64,000 nt of DNA from Antedon mediterranea (GCF_964355755.1 NC_092674.1:12214001-12278000); one strand, 5' to 3'. Positions 34,551 through 47,818 are shown, counted from the stretch's first letter. A program made the numbers and translations. Notes: a model not told the origin generated them from the sequence alone.

Positions 34551-37500
34551 TTTCAGATTTCAGATTTCAGATTTCAGATAATATTTATTTAGATAATAAT
34601 GAATGAATATATACAAAATAGAAAAAAGATATTAAAGTGAACATAGATAAAGCAGTAATTGGTAGTCATTATTATCATGGATCCCTTCTAGAAGTTAAAA
34701 ACTTGTCTCGTAGGGACCCATAACAAAACACATTACTAAAAAAATAAAAATAACCTAGAATATATAATTATATAATTTAGGATAAAAAATTACAGTATAA
34801 TAACATAACTAACATCTTCTTTATAAAAATTATTTAAATTATATTTCAATAGTTTCATGATAATTATAAATGAAATAACTACCGATATTGGTAAATGAAA
34901 AAAAAATATGTATACATAAATTATAATTCCAGTATATATATAGTATATACTATATATACATTATATATAGTATAGATTAAAGATTGCAATAATAAACAAC
35001 AACTAATATTTTGTGTAAGACATAAATAGTATATGAGTATAAATAATGATAATAAGCATATTAACTAAGCAGTATAATATTTAGATATATAATGATTCTT
35101 TAACTTTTTTCGGAAAGTAAATAATGATATTGACGTTTTGATATTTGGTGGGATATGATTCCACAAATTAGGACCTGATATAGTTATAAAAAATTTAGTT
35201 TTTGTAAGTCTAGCAAAAGGAATGTTTAAATGAGAAGTTCTTAAATTGTAATTGTGAAATTTGGTACGTTTACAGAGCATATCAATCATAGAAATAGGAA
35301 GTTGGTTTTTAAAATAATTAAACATAAAACTGGCAACTTGAACATTGTGGATATCCGTTAATTTTAATATACCAAGACGTTTAAAAAGGGGTTCAGATGA
35401 GGTTCTATATGGTGAAAAAGTAATAATTCTAGCTGCACGTTTTTGTAATTTAGTTAATCTAGCAATATTAGAAGAGTAATCTGCAGCCCAAATAATGTTA
35501 CAATACTGGAAATAAGGAAGTACAAGTGTGTTATAAAGAGAAATTAAAATATTTAGAGGGAAGAAGTGCTTAAGTCTGTTAATAATACTAATAGATCTTG
35601 ATATTTTTTTCGAAACGTAATTTTGATGACTGGTCCATTTGAGGTTTTCATGAATATATACACCTAAAAAAAGTGTTTCAGTTTTGCGTTCAATTTGAAT
35701 TCCGCCAAGAAGTATATTTAGGTCATCAACTTTTAGTTTACGTTGAGAATTGTGAAAAATTAAATAATTTGTTTTAAGAGTATTAATAAGTAATTTGTTT
35801 GAAATAAACCAGTCACAAAATTTTGTTAATTCATCATTGAATGTAGTAAATAATAAATCAATATTGGAATTAGAGTAAAATAAGGTGGTGTCGTCGGCGA
35901 AGGATATTACTTGCAATTTGTTACTGACATTAGCCAGATCATTAACATAAATAAGGAAGAGCAATGGCCCAAGCACAGATCCCTGTGGCACTCCGCAAGT
36001 AATATCCATCGTCGACGATGTACAAGATCCTAATGCAACATATTGTTTTCTATCTTTCAAATAACTATTAAACCAATTCAATGAAATACCTCTAATTCCA
36101 TAGCACTCAAGTTTTTTAATTAAATTATCGTGATTAATAACATCGAAGGCCTTTGAAAGATCAATAAATAAACTTAATAAATTTTCTTTTGATTCAAATG
36201 AATTTGTAATATTATTAATAAGATCTAAAACGGCATGGGATGTAGAGTGATTTTTTCGAAAACCATATTGGCGTTTATTAAGTATATCAAATTTTGTGAG
36301 ATAATCAAAAAGTTTAGAATACATGAGTTTTTCAATAATTTTGGAAAACACTGAAAGTAGTGATATTGGCCGGTAATTAGATAATTGACTTCGTTCACCT
36401 TTCTTGAAAATGGGCACAACTTTAGCTAGTTTTAAGTGTGTTGGAAAAGTGCCAGATAAAAAAGATGAATTTATACAATGGGTAAGTTGGTGGATGATTA
36501 AGGGAGATATAGATTTTAAGACACGAGCAGTAATACCGTCAGATCCAGACCCTTTATTAGAATTTAGATTGTATATAGTTAGGTTAACATCATCAATTGA
36601 AACTGGGCTAATATAAAATGAGTTGGCAAACGCAGAATGAAGATAAGATAATGGATCAGTTATATTAGTTGGCATACTATTAATAAGATTAGGACCAATT
36701 GTAGAAAAATAGTTGTTAAACGATTCACATATCTCTTTTTGAGTTTTGTAAATATTATCACCGTCTTTAATTAGATTCGGGTGCTTGTTATTATTATTAC
36801 CTTTATTTAAAACAGAATTTATTACAAGCCATGTGTTCTTCAGATTACCTTTATATCTATCAAACTGGGAAGTATAATAATTCTTTTTAGCAGTGCGACA
36901 AAGATTAGTGAAAATATTATTATATTTTGTATAGTTTAATTTGTCATTATTACTACGTGTGTGCATATATTTGTTATAAAGTTTATGTTTCCGAGAACTA
37001 CATTTTAAGAGAGCAGATGACATCCATGGTTGTTTAAACGTTTTATTTGATTTTATACTACTTTTAACCAAGTGTCTGGAGTGGATATTTGTAAATTTTT
37101 CAATAAATATATCAAAACTCAATCTTGGGTCACAATCAAATATCATAGACCAGTCTTCACCTTCTAAATCAATCGATAAGGCATTTAGGTCGTTTATACG
37201 AAATGAATAGTTGGCGCTATTATCATCAAGGTTTTGATCATTAATTTCTTGATCAATGAACTGAAATATAGGAAGGTGGTCGGAGATATCATTAAGTAAA
37301 ACACCAGCAACTATTTTATAGTCAGATTGTTTGGAATAAAAATGATCAATCAAGGTGGCCGAAGTTGAGGTAATCCTAGTTGGTTTTGAAATAGTTGGAA
37401 AAAAAGAATGGGAAATTAAGGTATTTAGGTAGGTGTTTGTTAATTTATGGTTATGGAATTTTAATAAATCAATATTGAAGTCTCCCATGAGATGACAATT

Positions 37501-38580
37501 TTTGTTTTCATTGTTAATTTGGGTTAATACATTATCGACGGATTTAGTAAAAGAATCTAGCCCTCCACAGGGGGCTCTGTAAATAATGCCTATAATATCA
37601 TTTTTTGTCTTTGAATTTTCAATCTCAACAAAAAGTGATTCGGAAAGGTCGTCTGGTAATTTTAAGTCATTTCGAATTGTAATGCTAATATCATTACGTA
37701 TAAAAAATGCAACTCCTCCGCCAATTTGATTATTGCTTCTATTGCTTGCAAAGAAGGAGTAGTTATTAATGAAAGGAATAGGGGAGTTTTCATTAAGCCA
37801 TGTTTCACTGATACCGATTATGGAAAATTTGTTATTAATTGAATTCAAAAGGCATTCGAGATCATTAACTTTATGCGTAATACTTCTAATATTAAGATGC
37901 AGGAGAGATAGTTTAGTATTAAAGGATGTATTAAACTTAGAATTAAATTGTGAATAATCATAAAAGCTGCATTCATCTAGGGTAACTGACTGTGAATTGA
38001 GATTATTAATTAGTTGATCAAAAGATTCATCATATTTGTCATTTTCATTGTAATTAACTGGATTAAAGGTTATGTTAGAAATATCATTGTTGTTAGTAAG
38101 TTCAGAGTTCACATTAAAGTCATAAAAAGGAAGTAAGTGAAGATAATTAACATTCATTAACAATAGCTGTGTATAGCGTTATCTAAAAAAGAAATACAGC
38201 AATAAGCATGCATGAGACTGTATACATTAATACATAATTAATGAGAAGCAAAATAAACAATTCTTGAAATAAAAATATATTATAGGTAATATTGACTTGA
38301 TGAGAGTCGACAGCCAGGTGTTCGGTTCAGCGGCGCTAATATTTAAATTAGAAATATTTGGCTCTTTGTTTTCCACGTTGGCCATTGTAGATGTTTAGTT
38401 AGAATAAATAACAAAAGTGTACCTATATTTAATGCAACCGATACGTTCACTATCCAGGTAGGTATACAGGTCTCATGCAGTTAGTAGCTTATCCTTGCAA
38501 CATGCTATCACAGGTAAGCGAGTACTGTATCTAAAAACGTATACGTGTGAGAGCTCCGCTCAAACACGTCTGCACTCGAC
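34551..38580 (-). mobile_element. CR1/L2-group non-LTR retrotransposon in an integrin intron (antisense)
   Basis: Intact APE+RT ORF; 3' UTR stem-loop at about 34677-34720; AATAAA followed by (TCTGAAA)x4 tail; GC-richer 5' end at about 38540-38580. Confidence 0.92.
35065..38157 (-). CDS. LINE ORF2 (apurinic endonuclease + reverse transcriptase)
   Basis: HLNIRS, ISETWL, GDFNID, SDHLP (APE); YRPISLL, DLSKAFD, GVPQGSVLGPLLF, FADD (RT); no stop codons over about 1030 aa. Confidence 0.95.
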   Translation of the reverse strand: MNVNYLHLLPFYDFNVNSELTNNNDISNITFNPVNYNENDKYDESFDQLINNLNSQSVTLDECSFYDYSQFNSKFNTSFNTKLSLLHLNIRSITHKVNDLECLLNSINNKFSIIGISETWLNENSPIPFINNYSFFASNRSNNQIGGGVAFFIRNDISITIRNDLKLPDDLSESLFVEIENSKTKNDIIGIIYRAPCGGLDSFTKSVDNVLTQINNENKNCHLMGDFNIDLLKFHNHKLTNTYLNTLISHSFFPTISKPTRITSTSATLIDHFYSKQSDYKIVAGVLLNDISDHLPIFQFIDQEINDQNLDDNSANYSFRINDLNALSIDLEGEDWSMIFDCDPRLSFDIFIEKFTNIHSRHLVKSSIKSNKTFKQPWMSSALLKCSSRKHKLYNKYMHTRSNNDKLNYTKYNNIFTNLCRTAKKNYYTSQFDRYKGNLKNTWLVINSVLNKGNNNNKHPNLIKDGDNIYKTQKEICESFNNYFSTIGPNLINSMPTNITDPLSYLHSAFANSFYISPVSIDDVNLTIYNLNSNKGSGSDGITARVLKSISPLIIHQLTHCINSSFLSGTFPTHLKLAKVVPIFKKGERSQLSNYRPISLLSVFSKIIEKLMYSKLFDYLTKFDILNKRQYGFRKNHSTSHAVLDLINNITNSFESKENLLSLFIDLSKAFDVINHDNLIKKLECYGIRGISLNWFNSYLKDRKQYVALGSCTSSTMDITCGVPQGSVLGPLLFLIYVNDLANVSNKLQVISFADDTTLFYSNSNIDLLFTTFNDELTKFCDWFISNKLLINTLKTNYLIFHNSQRKLKVDDLNILLGGIQIERKTETLFLGVYIHENLKWTSHQNYVSKKISRSISIINRLKHFFPLNILISLYNTLVLPYFQYCNIIWAADYSSNIARLTKLQKRAARIITFSPYRTSSEPLFKRLGILKLTDIHNVQVASFMFNYFKNQLPISMIDMLCKRTKFHNYNLRTSHLNIPFARLTKTKFFITISGPNLWNHIPPNIKTSISLFTFRKKLKNHYISKYYTA

Positions 38581-38727
38581 GAAGGACAGTTAAACATTGA
38601 TGTTTGTGTTTGAACTCAAAAAGATTGCAAAACATAATTTAATTCGCTTAAATCCACCAATTTAATAAAAATATCAATATCAATATCATCATTTTATTAA
38701 CAAATCAATCATATTCATTTAATTAAG

Positions 38728-39115
38728 AATGAATGCATGTGACACAAATATAAGAATTAGGATGTAGCCAAGAAAAATAATAATTTAATAAATTCAAAAT
38801 CAAAATTTAAAAATAATTTTGTTTAACCAAATATTGTGGTCTGCAAATATTAATTGTGTCCCTGCCTCAGTATGAAAGTTGTCTATTCTGTTGCCAAAGT
38901 GCTCTGATATTTATATATCATTTATGAATGAATGCACACGACACAAATACAAGACTTCGGACGTACGTACTGTAGCCTAGACAAATAATAATTGATTGAA
39001 TTCAAAATGAAAATTAAAAAATAATTGTTGTCTGAAAATATTATTGTTGTCCCTGCCTCAGTATGAAAGTTGTCACTTCTGTAGCCAAAGTTTCGAGGGC
39101 TCTGATATTTATATA
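38728..39115. repeat. ~198-bp imperfect tandem duplication
   Basis: gaatgaatgca..gacacaaata...gtccctgcctcagtatgaaagttgtc...ctctgatatttatat occurs twice. Confidence 0.85.
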
Positions 39116-39399
39116 ATTTTTAAAAATCCCTCATCCATAAAGCACAATGTTTCATACATACTTGACATAATTGTTCAATATATACGTCATCAACAAAGGT
39201 TATTGTCACTTTGTAAATGTACTTACATCACTTAAAATGCTTTTTAATTCATGGTGATATATTTAAGCCTAAATGCATCTCTACATTCTTGATATTAATG
39301 GATTGAACACATTTGAAATCCTACATCACTCACAAGGAAGAAGCTGATAAATGTGTATCTTTTGTGCAGTCAAAATTTCTATTATAAATTATACTTTAA

Positions 39400-40450
39400 C
39401 ACTTTGACTGCCAAACACGAAGATCTTCGTTTTTGGAAACACAACGCTTGACTGCCAAACACGAAGATCTTCGTTTTTAGCGTTTTTTTACGAAGTCCGG
39501 TAGATAGGTTAATTATTGGTGTATACTATAAATATGGACACTATATTCGGTCTGGACCGTGAATATTTTACTTTTTGAAAGTAACTAATCTGGTTACGAA
39601 CGATTGTCAAAATGGTACCGGTCGAAATAACATACACCGCGCATCACAGTAGCGCGTACAGCGATGGTTTGGCGCATTGTGTATCGGTCGCGCGCTAGCT
39701 ATGCCGACGAAGCATTACAAAGCTTTATGTGGATTGGCATGTTTGTTTGTTATCTGAATAAAAAATAATGGATGAATTTTCAATATGAAGTCTTTAATTT
39801 TATTATTGTATGTATACCCTAATTGTTTTGGTGTTTCACTGTAAGTGGCCGAGTTTAACGCAACAAACTTGTTTAGAAATGGTATGAACATTATCATCAG
39901 TTTACTAGCTAGGCTATTACGTAGTACTAGGCTAGCCTAGGCCTAGGCCTAGTCGTAAAACGGCTCCGGACCAAATTTAGGCCTGGTTAACTAGGCCTGG
40001 TGTCTTTACTATGTGGATTTTGGTGAAACATTGATGTAAGATTTATGATTTATAAAATGTAATACATATTTCGATAGTGATAACTTGTTTTTATAGGCCT
40101 ATCGGTGCCGTGTAAGTAACTTTTTTGTTGTTTGTTGATCTCACCGGGCGATATTTTCATATTGTGATGTCTTGCACAAAATCGCGAATATCTCGACTTT
40201 CTTGCGCGAAACTACGAAAAACTAAAAATTTGGGTTACTTTCATTTTACTATTCTGATTTACATATTGCGATTTGAAAATCGTTCTTGGTACCATTGTAA
40301 AGCTAAAATCTTTATGATTATTTTAGTCTAAATTACATGTAAATCAGATCACATACATAGTTTCAATCAGCTTTAATAAAAACATCAAATTGGGCTAAAA
40401 ACGCTGGCGGTGGCAGTTTCTAACTGGAAAAACCTCTGGCAGTCAAAGTG
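39400..40450. mobile_element. piggyBac-like non-autonomous element
   Basis: TTAA TSD; TIR CACTTTGACTGCCA...TGGCAGTCAAAGTG; 30-bp subterminal direct repeat at the left end. Confidence 0.85.
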
Positions 40451-40463
40451 TTAAGTGGAATTT

Positions 40464-41396
40464 TATTTTCCGGAGTATAGGTCGAGACTTTGTGGGAAAA
40501 TTTTAATTGCAAAATCGGGGGGTCGACTTATACTCCGACTATGCGATTTTTGAAAAAAATCAAGCCGAAAAAATTCGTTCAAAAGCCGTCAGCTGTCAAG
40601 GCCTAGCAAGGTCAGTGGCCTATCATCAATCACTCACAGGAGTTTTCAATTTAATATTACCTACATTGTACAAAATAATACAACTCCAACAAGTACTGGT
40701 ACAAGTACTATTTATTAATATATAACAAAGATTAATTTTGATGTTTATATTACGCTTTTATTAAAATAATTAAGAATAAATAGTTTTCGTTTGTGTTTCA
40801 TATGCTTCGTATTCCTCGCGAAAACATCGTAACACACACCACAAACGAACTACACGATGTTGGAATGTCCATGCAGCATGTTTGTTATTGCGCGATATTT
40901 TCATCTATACACATGCGCAGTTTGTTTGTTTGTTCGTAATTACAATTACTGCGCATGTCTATTCATAAAATAAATTCTCCTCAGTCCGGCGCGTGTACAT
41001 TTACAGATAACGCGATTTACAACTACTCGCCTGTACAATTTAATAAGCCTCCTAACGAAAAACTCGTTTTAATTTATTTGAGTGACGCGAAAAAACATCG
41101 CTGATGGCAAGTACTGTAACGCTACATCGCTGTCATTTATTATAGGCTGGCGAAGACGGCGGCGAAGCCGTTGTGATTACGTCCGTCCGATATTGATTAG
41201 GCCTACACTTTAATAATTGTATAAACAAACAACCACATTTCATACGTTTCTAGCCTTCTTTGAACTTTAAAGTTGTGTTATTAGCCGATTTTGGGGGGTC
41301 GACTTATATTCAGGTCATACCAAAATCAACGATATTCTAGGTCAAATTTGGGGGTCGACTTATACTTGGGGTCGACCTATACTCCGGAAAATACGG
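40464..41396. mobile_element. Tigger/pogo-type MITE
   Basis: TATTTTCCGGAGTATAGGTCGA...TCGACCTATACTCCGGAAAATACGG-TA; repeated ggggtcgacttata; outermost left bases lost. Confidence 0.8.
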
Positions 41397-43990
41397 TACT
41401 ACACCTTTTCCTGTTGTGTTTTCAAAGAAAAACATTTCTTATTGGTTGTTATTGTCAGACAATATTATTGAAAAAATTGATAATTAATGTGATTATACAA
41501 TAATTATGCTAGTGATGAAATATAAAGTGTGCCCACTTGGGACACAACACAATGTAAAAAAATGTCACCAGCCTATGAAAGATATAATATACCAGAGTGC
41601 TACTTAGGTAGTGCATAATTGTTTCTCTCTTTTTATTATAATTTATCATAAAACGTACATTTAAGACAAGGAATTACCTCCTTTATAAAGTTGTTAAGTA
41701 ATATGCATTATGTTTACCAAACATCAACAATTGTATGGAATGGGACTTTTTATTTTAAGTTAATTTTTCTATTTTCAAATGTAGGTCATTATTTAAAAAC
41801 TGATTGTGTAATATGGACCATCACCTATTCATATCCTTTTCATTTTGTCAATCAATACAAGTCCATAAATGGAAGACTGAAACTAAAAGATGGACAGTGT
41901 ATTGTGAGCTTTACTCATTCCAAGAGAAACAACACATCATAAATATAATAAACACATCATACCTGTATGTATACATTTATGTTTATAACATATAAACAAA
42001 AGTCAAGGTCTGACAACTTATTTCTGCCTGGTCTGACATAGTTTAAGCTATTTGTTGACTAATATTAGTTATTTATGTGGTTATTATTACTTCCGTTGCA
42101 GTTAATAAGTTCCTGTATTACTATTCCATAGAACTATAATAACTCCCCGTGACTACAGATTACCATGATTGCAATGCTACAATACGCCTCGCATATAATC
42201 CATCTGTCAAACTACTACCATGCCCTATTATAAGCTCCTGTATTTTGGTTGTATTTTTATTCAGGATACTGAATCTCCATATGTTTCTTTGATATGTAAT
42301 CAAAACAGCCGATCATTTGCTAAAAGTCTGTGTAATGAGGCATAAACTTGATGACTATCTACATGACACAAACTATACCTTTTATTGCTGATGAGCTATA
42401 ATAAGTGCGTATATAGATAGATAGAAATACAGAGCAGAACAATTTTGTCATGATAAAGATCTAAATAGGTTAACTATATAAGCTGTGTATTACTGTACTG
42501 TGTATTGGAAATTCTTTTTACCATGGAATCAACAATAATAATGCACTTTTGCTTGTTAACTTTACCTTTAAAAAAAATCCATAGTACTGTACATTACTCT
42601 TTACAAACTATGTTTTGTATTGCCAAGGACATCAATGTTTCACTGTCCAATATAAGGCTTGCAATCAGTCTATTCACAAACATACAACAAACATACAGAC
42701 AAGATGATCTACATAAACAAAATAGTCTTACTTTTTGTTCAATTGTAAATACCATGTTTAACATGGTCTTGAAATAAGGTGTTCATCTATCTATGGTATT
42801 TGAATAAAAACCTATTAAAAACAATATTGTATCCAACTTCAACTTGTATTTAGAACTTTGATCAATGCATGCACCATCCAAAAACAAATATACAAATTAT
42901 AATTTAGAATACAATTTTAAACATATGTATTATTCGCTTAGAGAACAGGTTCAAAAATACAATTTAGGATCTAGTAGTATAGTAGGCCCACATGCTTGAT
43001 AAAGTTATATCAATATGGGAATTGAAAGGTGGGAAATTAAGAAATAAATAAACATTTGATTATTTTAATCAAATTTGTTACAATTATTTGGATATAATTG
43101 TTCTCTTTTTTTTTTCTTTTATTCAATTTTTCACACTTCAAAAATAGTACAAGTAAAGTGAAACAATGATAACAGGTATCATAGTAATAAACAGAAATTG
43201 TAAGGAATTGTCCTGGTGTCATAACAACCTAATGGTTATAAAATACTGTAGTGTTTAGGTAGTATAACATGTTTCTTGAAAAAGTAAATAATTGAGTGTT
43301 AAATGTCCCTGAAAAGCACTTTTAACCAGGATATCATACTAATCCCAAAGGCACACTAGATTATGACAACTATAGCATTTAAAAACTCATTAAGCTGTTG
43401 TCATAACTACCCAAATACTAAAAGCTCCATTACGATGTATAACTATTCTTCTCTACTCCTACTGTACTGTATTTGTTTGTTTGTTGTTATTTTTGTGTAC
43501 CATGCTGTACTTTACTTTACACTGTTTATCAAATAATGTTTTATAATACTACTTGGCTATTAAATAGACCCAACTCATAAGGTGCCATTTTTTATTTAAA
43601 AAAAATAATTCTCTTCCAAAAATTGTACTGTACTAACTTTGTTGTTATTATTATTATTATTGAAAATGATACATGCTGCTCATTTTTCACTTTCAGTGAT
43701 AACCACCTCAAATGGCATTTTCAATATAATGCTATTATGTTTGTAAACACTCAAAAGGTGCTAGCACAGAATGACCATTTTGAGTCTACCATAGCGCCTC
43801 AATCTTTTGACCACTTGAGAACATTCGGTTTCGGTAGTTGTCGATTTCTAGACATATTGGTTTTATGGGTTTTTTGTTAAACAGTTATTTGCAATGTTGC
43901 ATCAGATCTTCTGGTAATGTCATTGTTTAGTTGCTTTTCTGTGACTCTTTCCCAAGAAGTAAATTACTTTACAAGCACTTTAACTTTTAA

Positions 43991-44569
43991 AGCTCAGGTA
44001 CAGGCATGAATTTTAAATATAATATTTGGTTAATTGTACATGAATGAAATATTTGTAACAGAAATCGAGACGAAAAAACATGGATTTCCCTTAATATGGT
44101 CAAATACAAAATTTGTCAAAATTCTTCCATAAAAACCAGGAAGACTTTTTTTCAGTAGTTAGGTAGTTAACCTAATGTAATAACATGTCTGGTGACTCCC
44201 TAGACGGTGAAAAAAGATGGTGGATATACGGTGCATAATTTTTGCTATAGCATGAAAATAAAAATCTGAAGTTGAATAAAAATATCAGAAACCTATACCT
44301 ATATTTGGTCATCTGATAACATTTTTTACCACACCATTTATTTTACATAGCTTTTTAAAATGCTTCTCTATTTACAGAATTTGTGTACAAAAGAATAGAG
44401 ATTTTACTGTGTAATTTGAACTATCCCCCCACTGATATGAAAGTGCTTATTTTCAACAAGCTCGTGTAACACAAATAAAATCCCAAAAATTATGAAACAT
44501 AGGGGAAACTATAGATCGATAATTATTGGAATGTATGATCAATAGAAATTTTTTGCCGGCACCTGGCCT
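43991..44569. mobile_element. Kolobok-like MITE (older)
   Basis: TTAA flanks; imperfect TIR AGCTCAGGTACAGGCA...TGCCGGCACCTGGCCT. Confidence 0.6.
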
Positions 44570-44793
44570 TTAAAAACAATAGTATGAAAGTGAAATTTAA
44601 ACAATGACATCCATCATGAATTCTTCCATCGTTATACACAATGGCAAATATAATTTAGCATCTGAAGTGGATCATTCGCTGAATCAGTGAGATAAAAATA
44701 AACTAGAGGGAATTGCATGCTGTGATTTTGTACATGCTATACTTTCTTCTGCAAGTAAATAGTAATTTGAAGCGTGATTCAGTTCAATCATGC

Positions 44794-44949
44794 AGAGTTA
44801 AAGTTTACAACCACCTTAAACTGAATGAACTTAGCTGAATTACATTGTATGGACAAAACAAATGTCCGTACAAGAGTTAAAGTTTACAACCACCTTAAAC
44901 TGAATGAACTTAGCTGAATTACATTGTATGGACAAAACAAATGTCCGTA
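44794..44949. repeat. 79-bp tandem duplication
   Basis: agagttaaagtttacaaccacc...aaatgtccgta occurs twice. Confidence 0.95.
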
Positions 44950-47119
44950 TTAAATAGAAAATTGCAGTAGTTTTTGACATAGACAGTGTTGGTTGCTTGG
45001 ATGCTGCTGTGTTCTGATGCTTGTACTATCGGCAAAAAACTTTGAAGCTATACTACTGAAATTCATTTTAATAGCTAGCAGGTTGTGAACCCCCGATAGC
45101 TTTAAAGTAATGCCTTAGAAACATCTTACACCAAAGCTAAACATTATTGCCACGTATCCCATGTTCCTGCTACTTCATGGCTACTGGTCATGGTAAGTCT
45201 ACTAATTGAATCTGGTGGGTACAGGTAGGCCTTGTGTATAGAATATGTGAGAATGTCAATGGAATCGCAAACAAAGTCTACAGAATGTTTACCCCAACAT
45301 TTATGGAAGGTTTGTCTTTTTATTTATGCATTTCTTAATGCCATCTGGTACAGTAAGACACTGCTTGGCATTAAACATGTAAGAATTTAAACATTCCACA
45401 ATACCATCATGTTCTAATGTGGGCCATACATTTCAACACATAACAGTACACCACACTTTATTTTTTGAAAACAGTATGCTATAAAAAAACTCTACTCTCG
45501 AAAAATTCAATTTTTCTCTTTCTCATGCAAGCATCTCAAATCTTTATGAACAATTACATATAGCATACAGATAGGTGGACCCAAAAGGTTGAGAAAAGAG
45601 AAAGGGTAAACAAGGATCAAAGGTCATTGAATGTCACCTGTTTGACTATAGGGCCTCCTTCTAAATCAATTTAAAGCCTGTTTCCCACTAGGTGAATGTA
45701 TTGCTATTCAAAACATCGAGTGCTCATGTGTTGATATATTCACCTACTAATTTTTGTGAGATGAAAATTGTGTAACCAATCAAAATCTAGGTTTGTCCGA
45801 TTCTCCTAGTGAAAAATGGACTTTAGAATTCAGAATTTATGTTTAAAAGAAAAATATATTTATATTCATTATAAAGGCCAGGCACAGCTGCAGTAAATCA
45901 ATTATTTTAACTAAAATATTTTTCATATACATTTTTTAACCAGCATAAACAATGAGAGGAAAATGAAATTAGGACAAATTGAAAACAATTAAAACAATTC
46001 TATTATTATAGTTCATAAATATTTTCTTTAAACAATTTACTGCACTGCAAATACTGTATAGTGTATGGTTATTGTAACTCTGAATAAATAATTACTGTAT
46101 ATCAGAAACTCCAATTATTTGTCAACTGATTGTCATATCAGACTTTATGTAGACCTAAAACTTACATAATTCTAAAGTGTTTAAGTTTAATTTCAAAATG
46201 GCAAAATTTAGGGTAGGACTGAAATGAAACATTTTAGCTTCCAGAAGCAATGGGTTAGTTAAAAAGTTACCAACCCACCGCTGATATAAATTAATTGAAC
46301 AAGCAAATCATTTTCTTTAAAAATAATACGTTCCTGTGCAACAATTCGCATATTATCAGGTGACGCGTCTCACCGTTAAAACACGGCATCACGCATGGTC
46401 ATACTCTTTTTCCATGGTCAAAAATCTTGCATGTAAAATTGAGTAATAAGATACTTCCCTTTTTATAATTGAATTTAAAATACAAAAGAATAAATCTTTG
46501 TGTGAAGTTTAATATTATTCATGGTTATGTATTTTAAGCATGAAAACAAAGTAATTCAGTTTTAAGGCCTATTTAAGATGATAACAAGCGATAAATAGAT
46601 AAATATACATCAAAACAAATAAACAAAGGAAAGTTTCATCCTAGAACTATAGAATAACTATCCATACTGTCTTTGATAAAAAGATAATTTTAAGAAATGC
46701 AATCAAATGACGTACTGTATGTAACAAAATTGTACAATACACCAATTTGATTGTTCTTGTTGATCATGATGTCATTTGATGATCAAAGATTATTTTTAGT
46801 TATGTTATTATTATTATTAAATAAGTTCTACTTAGTTTTCCTCCTTTTCTTTATGTCAAAAATGTTATAGGAATTTTGATTTTACTATGTAATGGTTTTT
46901 TTTTTTGCTGGATTGAAACAAAAAAAAGAAATGATGAATGAATGTATTTACAAAAATAAAAAATGGACTCAACAAATACCTTTTTCATTAATTAACTTAT
47001 TTATCTGTTTATTGATTATAAAATTGATGTCTTCTGGCCTAGTTCTATTGATAACAAAATAAATATAGATGAATATACCGTAGTTTATTTTATACTGTTA
47101 CAATTTTCTTTGTTTTTAG

Positions 47120-47230
47120 GGTTTTGGAACCAACGATAAACCTAGATGTGATACATATACAAATCTTATTAGTAATGGATGTCCACTAGCCGATCTCAAT
47201 AATCCAACTATTGAATATACAATTCCTGAG
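47120..47230 (+). CDS. Integrin beta exon (GFGTNDKPRCDTYTNLISNGCPLADLNNPTIEYTIPE)
   Basis: tttttag acceptor, gtaaca donor; RCD..L...GC motif. Confidence 0.9.
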
Positions 47231-47382
47231 GTAACAGAATACATTTATTTTACTTTGGGTCCAGTGTGGTGCCCAACCTCCTACTGTAGATCAGATCATC
47301 TGTTTGGGCCTACATACAGATTTAAAAAAAATAAATTTGGCCTATTTGATAATAAAAATGGTGTTCTGATATTTTTTAACAG

Positions 47383-47467
47383 GATGAAGATCTTAGGGAT
47401 GCAGATATCAATAATGAACAGCCTGTACAGGTACGACCTCAAAGGATTGAACTTTCTATACGTCCAG
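47383..47467 (+). CDS. Integrin beta exon (DEDLRDADINNEQPVQVRPQRIELSIRP)
   Basis: ttaacag acceptor, gtaagc donor; QxxPQ.I.L..RPG motif. Confidence 0.9.
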
Positions 47468-47818
47468 GTAAGCTTTATTTTATGCTGTAGTTCTTCTTGT
47501 AGTGTCCAGCCTCGGAAAGATTAGCTTTCATGCTAAAAATGTTTATTGAGGACAAAGGTATGTCATTTCAAACTCTGAACAGCTACCCTCTGCATGACAA
47601 ATATCACCATACCCTCTAGAGCCTTAGGAAAATGTTTTAATTGTGTAGATGCCCCGAAAGATATGACTTTTGATATTTGTCCTAGATAGGCCTACATTAT
47701 GGATGTTATTTGTCCTTAGAGTGTGGTGGGTTATAAAGTTTATGATTGCAGTAAATGTCAGTCTCAAGTTGTATCCCAATTAGTGGGAGTCACTACTGAC
47801 ATAAAAATATATTTTAAA

